This document shows positions 54,132 to 64,000 of a stretch of DNA of 64,000 bases, piece by piece; the stretch's first letter is position 1; each line of letters opens with the position of its first letter. The notes below the pieces were generated by a model, which saw nothing but the letters and a program-made list of their open reading frames with translations, ran no database searches and was not told the origin of the DNA. Location: the NCBI RefSeq assembly GCF_035084215.1, contig NW_027139666.1, positions 2,294,001-2,358,000 on the forward strand, in the 5' to 3' direction. The position numbers and the translations under genes were made by a program. The DNA comes from Heptranchias perlo (lineage: Eukaryota).

Positions 54132-54289
54132 ATTAAGTGTTCTCATTAGTTTATTTCCTTCAGAAGCTCTTAAGTTTGCAATTGAATTTGATGCAGTTCA
54201 GTTGGGTATTGTTTCCAAAACATAAACGGGAGTAATTATCGTAAAATGATTTCAGCCTTCATTTATTTCCCTACAGAAGGAATAGAGGA

Positions 54290-55275
54290 AAAACATGCTG
54301 GAAATAACTAGCTGTAAAGGATCGAATGAGAGTTAGGAAGGCAAGTGATATGGTAGCATTTATTGTAAGGGTTTTCGTATATAAGATTAAGGAAGTCTTG
54401 CTGCAATTGCAGTATGAGACAATATTGTGTAAAATTGGCCTGTATTCTGTGGAGTTTAGAAGAATGAGAGGTGATCTCATTGAAATGTATAACATTCTTT
54501 GAGGGCTTGACAGGGTAGATGCTGAGAGGCTGATTCCCCTGGCTGGAGAGTCAAGAACTGGAGCTCATAGTCTCAAGATAAGGGGTCGGCCATTTAGGAC
54601 CGATATGAGGAAAAATTTCTTAACTCAAAGGGTTGTGGATCTTTGGAAGTCTCTACCCCAGAGGGCTGTGGATGCTCAGTTGTTGAGCATATTCAATGCT
54701 GAGATCGATAGATTTTTGGAATCGAGGGGAATCAAGGGATATGGGGATCGGGAGGGAAAGTGGAGTTGAGGTCGAAGATCATCCCTGATCTGTTTGAATG
54801 GCAGAGAGGGCTCGTGGGGCCATATGGCCTACACCTGCTCCTATTTCATACGTTCTTATGTAGAGAGCCTTATATCCAAGTGTGCTGATGACACTAAGTT
54901 AGGTGGCACAATTAATATTGTAGATGGGAGCAGAAAGTTTCAAAGGGACATTGATAGATTCAGTGAGTGGGCAAAACTGTGGCAGATGAAGTTCAACGTG
55001 GGTAATTGTGAGGTCATCCACTTTGGACCATAAAAAAGATAGATCAGAGTATTTACTAAATGCGGAAAAGCTAGGAACTGTGGGGGAGGAGAGAGATTTG
55101 GGGACCAAATACAGAATTCACTAAAAATGCAAAAAAAAGTTAAAATGGTAATGGAATTTTGAATTTTATCTCAAGGGATCCGGAATAAAAAGGACTGGAA
55201 GTTATGTCACAGTTATACAGAGCTCTGGTTAGACCTCATTTAGAGCACGGTGTTCAGTTCTGGGCACCGCACCTC
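54290..55275 (+). mobile_element. CR1 LINE fragments (3' end 54290-54860; RT part 54865-55275)
   Basis: ADDTKLGG, WQMKFNVGNCEVIHFG, LYRALVRPHLE motifs and CR1-like 3' UTR. Confidence 0.8.
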
Positions 55276-55494
55276 TGGCAGGATAAGAACAGATGAAATA
55301 TGAGCAGCAGTAGGCCTTACGGCCTTACGAGCCTGCTCCGCCATTCAATCGATCATGGCTGATTTTGTACCTCCACACCACTTTACTGCCCGTTCCCCAT
55401 ATCCCTTGATTTCCTTGTCCTAAAATCTATCAATCTCAATCTTGAATACACTAAACGACTGAACATCCACAACCTCTGGGGTAGAGAGAACAGC

Positions 55495-56229
<735 letters not shown>

Positions 56230-56289
56230 TTCCTCATTGTACGGTCAGTGTCTGTTCAGCAAACCGGCTCTGAATTCCTCAGTCTGCAT

Positions 56290-56680
56290 TTCGAGAAACG
56301 GTTCTGTGCGCGACACGGGCAATAAAAACGCTGACCGACGCACTGCGACTAATGTCGACCGGAGGCCCCACAATCCCCCGGGCCCCAGAAACCCCTCTAT
56401 CTCTCCAAGATGCTGATTTTCCGCTCAGACTGCGCATGCTCCCGAGGCCCGCCGTGTATTCTGGGAACGCATCGCTCATTTCCTTTGTTCCCGAGTTGGA
56501 CTCGGTGGAAACGGGAGAAGAAACCGGGAAGCGGCGGGTAGGACGGGGGAGGCGCTGGATGATGGGTGTAATGGAGTCCCGGGACCCCCGCCCGCCCGAT
56601 CCCCCGGGTCCCCCGGCTCTGATTCGTGGTCTGAGCCGCACTCGGTGTTGCTGAGACTCCGCTCAGTGCAAATGCAGGTT
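56290..56680 (+). promoter_or_regulatory. CpG island, probable promoter/first exon of the zinc-finger gene
   Basis: CpG-rich, tgcgcatgc NRF1-like motif, ccgggaag, candidate donor gg|gtagga ~56537. Confidence 0.55.
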
Positions 56681-56939
56681 GTTGTTGATCTGCTCCCGTT
56701 GGCCTCAGCTTTGCCGGTCAGAATCAGCCAGGGACGGTGACTGTGCTGCTCCCCATGGTTGAAATGCCGGCAGCTCGCTGTACAGGCTCACAGGTGCAGA
56801 ATTACCACTTGGCCGGGTTTTGGAGGGCAAGCAGTGGCTGGGGTCGAAACCCAACTTCACGCAGAACCTTCAGGAGAGAAAAGGAGGAAAAATAGATCCT
56901 GCCATGAATCTGGATTTCAAACAGCGAAGACGTGTCACG

Positions 56940-57220
56940 GAGGGAGAGTGTGTGGGACGGGGGAATTCACAGCTTAATAGGGGCAAGGAGGGAGAGTGTG
57001 TGGGACGGGGGATTTACATCCCAGTCGGGGCAAGGGGGGAGAGTGTGGGACAGGGGTTTTACAGCTTAATGATGGCAAGGAGGGAGAGTGTGTGGGACGG
57101 GGGATTGACAGCTTAATAGGAGCAAGGAGGGAGAGTGTGGGACGGGGGATTTACAGCTTAATCGGGGCAAGGAGGGAGAGTGTGTGGGACGGGCCATTCA
57201 CAGCTTAGGATGGGCAAGGG
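56940..57220 (+). repeat. ~46-49-bp G-rich minisatellite, ~6 copies
   Basis: gggagagtgtgtgggacggggatttacagcttaataggggcaagga. Confidence 0.85.
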
Positions 57221-57309
57221 AGAAAAGAATGTTCCAGAGAAACTAGAACTGTGTGTTCTGAATTTCTATCCTGTATTTATGGTGATGAATTATGTAAATA
57301 TGAGCACAG

Positions 57310-57736
57310 ATGCGTAGAGGCTTGTATTCTCTTGAATATACAAGATTAAGGACTGATCTAATTGAGGTGTTTAAGATGATTCGAGGTTTTGATAGAGTAG
57401 ATGGAGATAAACTATTTCCTCTGGTGGGAGAGTCCAGAACAAGGGGGAATCATCTTAAAATTAGAGCTCGGCCATTGAGGGGTGATGTCAGGATGCAATT
57501 CTTCACACAAAGGGGAATGGAAATCTGGATCTCTCTTCACTCCAAAAAGCTGTTGAGGCTGGGGGTCAATTGTAAATTTAAAAATTGAGTTTGATAGATT
57601 TTTGTTTGGCCAAAGTATTAAGGGCTATGATACTAAGTAGGGTAGATAGAGTTAAGATATAAATCAGCCATGATCTAATTGAATGGCGGAACCGGCTCGT
57701 GGGGCTGAATGGCCAACTCCTGTTCCTATGTTCCTA
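57310..57736 (+). mobile_element. CR1 LINE 3' end
   Basis: LYSLEYTRLRTDLIEVFKMIRGFDRVD...SRTRG; ends in ctcctgttcctatgttcct. Confidence 0.85.
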
Positions 57737-57824
57737 AATGCAGCAATCCGCAATAAGATTGTGGATGGCAAGGGCCTTGCTCACAAGTGAACGGACATCT
57801 GGAGGGAGATGCGGTGAGAGGAGG

Positions 57825-59120
57825 TGACTGGTCAGGGAGTGTCTGTAAATGAAGTAGAAATGGGGACGGTCAGGGAGCGTCTGTCAATGAAGGAGAAATG
57901 GTGATTGGTTAGGAAGTGTCTCGAAATGAAGTCGTAATGGGGACGTTCTGGGAGCGTCTGTCAATGAAGTAGAAATGTTGACTGGTCGTGGCGTGTCCGT
58001 AAATGAAGGATAAATGGTGACTGGTCATGGAGTGTCTGTCAATGAAGGAGAACTGGTGACAGGTCAGGGAGTGTCTATAAATGAAGGAAGAATGGGGACG
58101 GTCAGGGAGTGTCTGTAAATGAAGGAGAAATGCTGACTAGTTAGGGAGTGTCTGTAAATGAAGGAAAAATGGTGACTGGACAGGGATTGTCTCTAAATGA
58201 AGGATAAATGGTGACGGGTGAGGAAGTGTCTGCATATGAAGGAGAAACAGTGAATTATCAGGGAGTGTCTATCAATGAAAGAGAAATTGGGTCAGGTCAG
58301 TGAATGTCTGTAAATGAAGAATAAATGGTGATCAGTCAGGGAGTGTCTGCAAATGAAGGAAAAATTGCCTGATTATGGAGTGTCTGTAAATGAAGGAAAA
58401 ATAGTGTCTGGTTAGGGAGTGTCTATAAATGAAATCGAAATGGTGACAGGTCAGGGCGTGTCTATAAATGAAGGAGGAATGCTGACGGGTCAGGGAGTGT
58501 ATATAAATGCAGGTGAAATGGCACCTGGTAAGGGAGTATCTATAAATGGGAGAGGACTTGGTGACAGGTCAGGGAGTGTCTATAAATGAAGGAGAAATGG
58601 TGACGGGATAGGGAGTATCTATAAATGTCGGAGAAATGGTGACAGTTCAGGCAGAGTCTGTAAATGACGGAGAAATTGTGACAGTTCAGGCAGAGTCTGT
58701 AAATGATGGAGAAATGGTGACTTGTCAGGCAGCGTTTGTTAATGAAGGAGAAATAGTAACTGGTCAAGGAGTGTCTGTCAATGAAGGAGGAACGGTGATT
58801 GGTCCGGGAGTGTCTATGAATGCAGGAGAAATGTTGTCAGGTCAGGTAATGTCTACAAATGAAGAAGAAATAGTGATGGGCCAGGGAGCGTCTATTAATG
58901 AAGGAAAATGCTGACTGGTGAGAAAGAGTTTGTAAATGAAGGAGAAATGGCGAACGTTCAGGGAGCGTCTATAAATGAAGGAGAAATGGTGTTTGATCAG
59001 GGAGTGTCTGTAAATGAAAGTGAAATGCTGACTGGTCAGTGAGTGTCTGCAAATAAAGGAGAAATTGTGATAGGTCAGGGATAGTCTTTAAATGAAGGAG
59101 AAATGGTGACTGGTCAGGGT
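57825..59120 (+). repeat. 39-bp minisatellite (gtcagggagtgtctgtaaatgaaggagaaatggtgactg), ~33 copies
   Basis: Visible tandem periodicity. Confidence 0.92.
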
Positions 59121-59239
59121 GATTCCGTCGCAAAATTTTGGAGATATTACATATGGACTGCTTACAGGCAGCTGTAGGGAGGGACATAGTGTCGAAATGA
59201 GGGGCAGACCATATATACACACAGCAAGAGTGAGCATCT

Positions 59240-59425
59240 TCAGGAGAGGAGAGGGGAACCAGTGAGTGTAGAACTGAATCCAACCAGAGTCAGCACCTTC
59301 AGCGGAGGAGAGGAAGGGGGACCAGTGAGTTTAGAACTGAATCCAGCCAGAGTCAGCACCTTCAGGGGAAGAGAGGGTTGGGAGCAGTGAGTGTAGAACT
59401 GAAACCAGTCCGAGTCGGGATCTTC
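59240..59425 (+). repeat. ~60-bp tandem repeat, 3 copies
   Basis: cagtgagtgtagaactgaatccaaccagagtcagcaccttcag repeated. Confidence 0.8.
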
Positions 59426-59990
59426 AAGACAGAAAAATTAAATAGAAGGAAAATTGTTGCAAGTGATGCGATGGGTTTGCGTTTCAGCAGACGGAGGAGG
59501 GTGAGTGTGCGGGACGGGCATTTACAGTCTGTGGGAATGAGCGGGTAGAATGTTCCATAGAAACTAGAATTGCCTGTTCTGAATTTCTATCCCGTCTTCA
59601 CAGTGAGGACTTTTGTTATCTCCTTTTACAGGGCATTAGAAGGGGAGGATTTGCAGACGACAAACTCAAACCAAACATCACGTCAAGATCTGACAGTCAC
59701 TCGATTCACCAGCCCCTGAAGATTATCGGCCTTAAAATATAGGAGAAATGTTGATCTGTTCCATCTGTGGGAAAAGATTTCAAACATCACTGTGACTGGA
59801 ATAGCAGCGAGACACACACACCCGAGTGAGAGTGTTCCAGTGCACTGACTGTGGAAAGAAATTTAACCAGTTACACAGCCTGAAAAAACATCGTACCATT
59901 CACAGTGGGGAGAAACAAGACAAATGTTCTCTGTGCAGACGAGACTTGAACTGATCGTCCAACCTGGAGAGACACGAGGACGCCCGCACC

Positions 59991-61061
59991 ATGGAGAAAC
60001 CGTGGAAATGTGGGGACTGTGGGAGGGGATTCAGTTACTCGTCCCGGCTGGAAACTCATCGACACAGACACACTGGGGAGAGGCCGTTCACCTGCTCCGT
60101 GTGTGGGAAGGGATTCACTCAGTCATCCCACCTCATTGAACATCAACTTGTTCACACTGATAAGAGACTTTTTAAATGTTCTGCCTGTGAGAAGAGCTTT
60201 AAACGAAAAAGTGATCTGCTGACACACCAACGTACTCACACTGGGGAGAGGCCGTTCACCTGCTCCGTGTGTGGGAAGGGATTCATTCAGTCATCCAACC
60301 TGCTGACACACCAGCGAATTCACACTGGGGAGAGGCCGTTCACCTGCTCCGTGTGTGGGAGCGGATTCACTCAATCTTCCCACCTCATTGAACATCAACT
60401 TGTTCACACTGATAAGTGTCTTTTTAAATGTTCTGTCTGTGAGAAGAGATTTAAAAGAAAAAGTGATCTGCTGACACACCAACGTACTCACACTGGGGAG
60501 AGGCCGTTCATCTGCTCCGTGTGTGGGAAGGGATTTACTCGGTCATCCAGCCTACTGACACACCAGCGAGTCCACACTGGGGAGATGCCGTTCACCTGCT
60601 CTGTGTGTGGGAAGCGATTCACTCGATCATCCCACCTCCTGAGACATCAGCAAGTTCACATCGGGGAGAGGCCATTCACCTGCTCCCTGTGCGGGAAGGG
60701 ATTCGCTCAGTCATCCACCCTGCTGACACACCAACGAGTTCACACTGGGGAGAGGCCATTCACCTGCTCTGTGTGTGGGAAGGAATTCACATGTTCATCC
60801 GGCCTCATTGAACACCAACTTGTTCACACTGATAAGAGACCCTTTAAATGTTCTAACTGTGAGAAGAGCTTTAAAAGAACATGGGATCTGATGAGACATG
60901 AACGTATTCACATTGAGGAAATTCCGATCACCTGTTCCGTGTGTGGGATGGGATTCACTCAGTCATCCCACCTGCTGAGTCACCAGCGAGTTCACATTCG
61001 ACTGCAGGAGTTGGATTCTGCTGTTATTGCTGTATCCAGGACGAAACCACGTTCATTCTGA
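59991..61061 (+). CDS. C2H2 zinc-finger protein, 356 aa, 12 tandem fingers
   Basis: 12 x CxxC-12-HxxxH with TGERP/TDKRP linkers; candidate intron 59501-59631 (gtgagt...ttttacag); AATAAA at 61135-61140. Confidence 0.9.
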   Translation: MEKPWKCGDCGRGFSYSSRLETHRHRHTGERPFTCSVCGKGFTQSSHLIEHQLVHTDKRLFKCSACEKSFKRKSDLLTHQRTHTGERPFTCSVCGKGFIQSSNLLTHQRIHTGERPFTCSVCGSGFTQSSHLIEHQLVHTDKCLFKCSVCEKRFKRKSDLLTHQRTHTGERPFICSVCGKGFTRSSSLLTHQRVHTGEMPFTCSVCGKRFTRSSHLLRHQQVHIGERPFTCSLCGKGFAQSSTLLTHQRVHTGERPFTCSVCGKEFTCSSGLIEHQLVHTDKRPFKCSNCEKSFKRTWDLMRHERIHIEEIPITCSVCGMGFTQSSHLLSHQRVHIRLQELDSAVIAVSRTKPRSF

Positions 61062-61339
61062 CAGTTGGAGTTTGTTTCTGATGTTAATGACCCCCTTTAA
61101 CTGGGCTGCAGTTTAGTATTCTGTACAAGTGTCAAATAAATCAGCTTTCTTTTAAACACAGTGTTTTTGACCTTCATATCTCGATGATAAAAGAAACAGT
61201 TGGAGGACTTATGACGACGTGAGTGGAATACATCTTCGCACTGAGCTCCTCCACCTTTTTAAAAGATGGATCTTCAAGATATCCAAGTCTGACAGGACAT
61301 AAAATTGTATTATATCACAGGGTCAAGTTCAATCAGCCT

Positions 61340-62515
61340 GAGCAGGTTTCCACTCTCCTTCTGTGAAAAAGTGCTTCCTGATTTCAATCCTAGACGCCCG
61401 AGCTCTAAATTTAAGGTTGTGTCCTCTTGTTCTGGATTGCCCCACCAGAGAAAATAATTTCTGTTTCTACCACTTCGAATCCCTTTATCATTTTAAATCC
61501 CTGGATCAGATCACCCCTCAAACTTCTAAACTCAAAGGAATGCAAAACCAAGTTTATGCAACCGGTCCTCATAATTGAACACTTCAATGCCCAGTATCAT
61601 TCTGGTGAATCTGCACTGTCCCCCATCCAAGATCAATATATCCTTGGTGAGGATCAGTACACCAGATGGGCTCTGACCAAGGCTATGTAGAACTGAAGCA
61701 TCACTTCCTTCCCTTTGTATTCCAACACTAGCATTTAGTGATTTGTGTACATGGACACCCAAATCCCTTTGCTCCTTCACCATTCGCAGTCTCTCACTTT
61801 AAGAAAATACTCCAATGTTTCCTTTTTGCATCCAAAGTGAATGATCTCACACTTCCCCACATTGAACTCCATCTGCCACAGTATGTCCATTCACTTAAAC
61901 TTTCCCTTTGTCACTTCCTGCTCCCATCTACACAACTTACTGTGCCTCATAACTTAGTGTCATCTGGAAACTTGGATCTACAACTCTCTATTCCTTCATC
62001 CAAGTTATTGATAAATATGGTGAAAAGCTGAGGCCCCAGTACAGATCCATGGGGACACAACTAGTCATATCCCGCCAATCAAAGAAAATTCCCTTTCTCC
62101 TTACTCTTTTCTCCGACCTCCCAACCAAGGTCACTTTCAATTTTGTGCCTTTTATTTATTCCATTAATCTCTTGTGCTGAACCTTTTCAAATGCATTCTG
62201 TAAGTCCATATAGAAAACCTTCATAGACAATCCCCTGTCCACCTTGTTAGTTTCCTCAACAAATCCAACGAAATTAGTCAGATATGACCTGCCGTTCACA
62301 AATCCAAGTTGACTCTAAAATGACAGGTCTGTATTGTCCTGGTTTCTCCCTCCTTCCTTTCTTAAATAAACGGAGTGACATTTTCAACATTCATATCCAA
62401 AGGCACAATTCCTGAGTCTGGAGAGCTTTGGGAAATTATGATGAATGCATCTGCAATTTCCCCACCTGTTTCCTTTAAAACTCTGGGGTGGAAACCGTCA
62501 CATCCTGGAGATTTC
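61340..62515 (-). mobile_element. CR1 LINE ORF2 fragment, degenerate
   Basis: Minus-strand QRDLGVHVHKSL, RFTRMILG, YEDRLHKLG motifs. Confidence 0.8.
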
Positions 62516-62543
62516 ATTCTTAGTTTGCAGTTATTTATTTATC

Positions 62544-62832
62544 TGACTGTGTATAACAGGACTGAGTGTCCCAGCACTGAGTGTGTGTATAACAGGACTG
62601 AATGTCCCAGCACTGATTGTGTCTACAACAGGACTGAATGTCCCAGCACTGACTGTGTCCATAACAGGACAGAGTGTCCCAGCACTGACTGTGTGTATAA
62701 CAGGACTGAATGTCCCAGCACTGAATGTGTCTACAACAGGACTGAATGTCCCAGCACTGACTGTGTCTATAACAGGACTGAGTGTCCCAGCACTGACTGT
62801 GTGTTATACAGGACTGAGAGTCCGAGCACTGA
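62544..62832 (+). repeat. 36-bp minisatellite, ~8 copies
   Basis: tgtgtataacaggactgagtgtcccagcactgactg. Confidence 0.92.
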
Positions 62833-63114
62833 GGGTGGCGAGACATGCGGTTGTCGGTGGAGATTAAATCGGTTGCAGTGGATTACAGAGATAGGGAGAG
62901 GGTGAGGGCCATGGAGGGATTTGAACAGGAGGATTGTAGGGCTGGAAGAGGGTGCAGAGATAGGGAGGGGGTGAGGGCCATAGAGGGATTTGAACACGAG
63001 GATGAGAATTTTAAAATCGAGGCATTGCCACACCGGGAGCCAATGTAATAGAACACGAACAGAGCAAGACACACACAGAGGCCTCACAACAGAGCATGGA
63101 CGGTCTGAAAGACC

Positions 63115-63705
63115 ACCTCCCTCCAGGGGTCACGATACCTCCATCGCGGGTTCGTGGTCACACCATCCCGGGGTCGCGGTCCCTCCGTCCCTGTGGTAGC
63201 GGTCCCTCCGTCCCTGGGGTCGCGGTACCTCCGTCCCTGGGGTCGCGGTCCCTCCATCCCGCGTTCACGGCCCCTCCCTCCCGGGGTCGCGTTCCCTCCG
63301 TCCGCGGGGTAACAGTCCCTCCATCCCTGGGATCGCAGTTCCTCCATCCCGGGGTCGACGCCCCGCTGTCCCAGGATCGCGGTCCCACCATCCCGGGGTC
63401 GCGGTCCCTCCATCCCCGGGTCTCAGTCCCACCGTTCGAGGGTCTCGGTCCCTCCATCCCGGGGTCTCTGTCCCACCGTTCCAGGGTCTCGGTCCCTCGA
63501 TCCCGGGGTCTCGGTCCCACCATCCCGGGGTCGCGGTCCCTCCATCCCGGGGTCTCGGTCCCACCGTTCCAGGGTCTCGGTCCCTCCGTCCCGGGGTCTC
63601 AGTTCCACCGTTCCAGGGTCTCGGTCCCTCCATCCCGGGGTCTCGGTCCCTCCATCACGGTGTCTCGGTCCCACCGTCCCGGGGTCTCGGTCCCTCCGTC
63701 CCGTG
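63115..63705 (+). repeat. 22-bp GC-rich minisatellite, ~26 copies
   Basis: tccatcccggggtctcggtccc. Confidence 0.9.
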
Positions 63706-63709
63706 GGTT

Positions 63710-64000
63710 GCGACCCCATTAACGCCGATCGGGCCTGAAGTCGGAGGAGCTGTTGCCCGGGCCGGCCTCACGGCGCCATTCCAAGGCCCCGGGGCCCAGG
63801 CCACTTCCAGATGCGGACCCTCCCTCTGTCGGTCTCGACCCCGCCCACAGCAGCGGCCCTCCGACCGCCGACCCGAGGCCGCCATCATCATCCTCCCGGG
63901 ACGCGCCTGTTGCTGAAGGAACGCGGCACAGGGACCGCGCGGCGTCCCTCGGGCCGGAGATGCATGTACGCATCGCGATGTCAGCGCGCAAAGGTGAGAG
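63710..64000. promoter_or_regulatory. CpG island, possible 5' end of a neighbouring gene
   Basis: Very high GC and CpG density running off the window end; no product recognised. Confidence 0.4.

Noticed and set aside
62375-63722. Repetitive ORFs (VYNRTECPSTDC repeats; Pro/Gly/Arg-rich ORFs)
   Set aside because: Explained by 36-bp and 22-bp minisatellites that stay open in several frames
63655-63991. Minus-strand first coding exon (MMMAASGRR...)
   Set aside because: Plausible start context in a CpG island, but no recognisable protein or clear splice donor; kept only as a CpG island

Overview
Vertebrate genomic DNA; the repeat families and zinc-finger style suggest a cartilaginous fish (shark), which is an inference. 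Positions ~1-54,000 are a replication-dependent histone gene cluster built from tandem and inverted segmental duplications of a ~13.6-kb unit. There is one intact quintet (H2B>, H2A>, <H3, <H4, <H1) plus an extra intact H1, H2A and H4, all with 3' stem-loops. Five histone pseudogenes were each inactivated by a different, readable mechanism. Also present: 46-bp and ~82-bp satellites with a 1199-bp higher-order repeat, CR1/L2 LINE fragments, a hAT remnant, a tRNA-Gly(TCC) pseudogene and a 12-finger C2H2 zinc-finger gene. Highlights: (1) two young Penelope-like insertions, identical over 99 nt, each carrying an intact minimal hammerhead ribozyme, one inserted in sense just after an H2B start codon; (2) an unrecognised three-exon, phase-consistent transcription unit with its own CpG/NRF1 promoter that is co-amplified with the histone unit; (3) bipartite CTCF-like sites and E2F/CDE-CHR composites around the histone genes; (4) several locally templated insertions.
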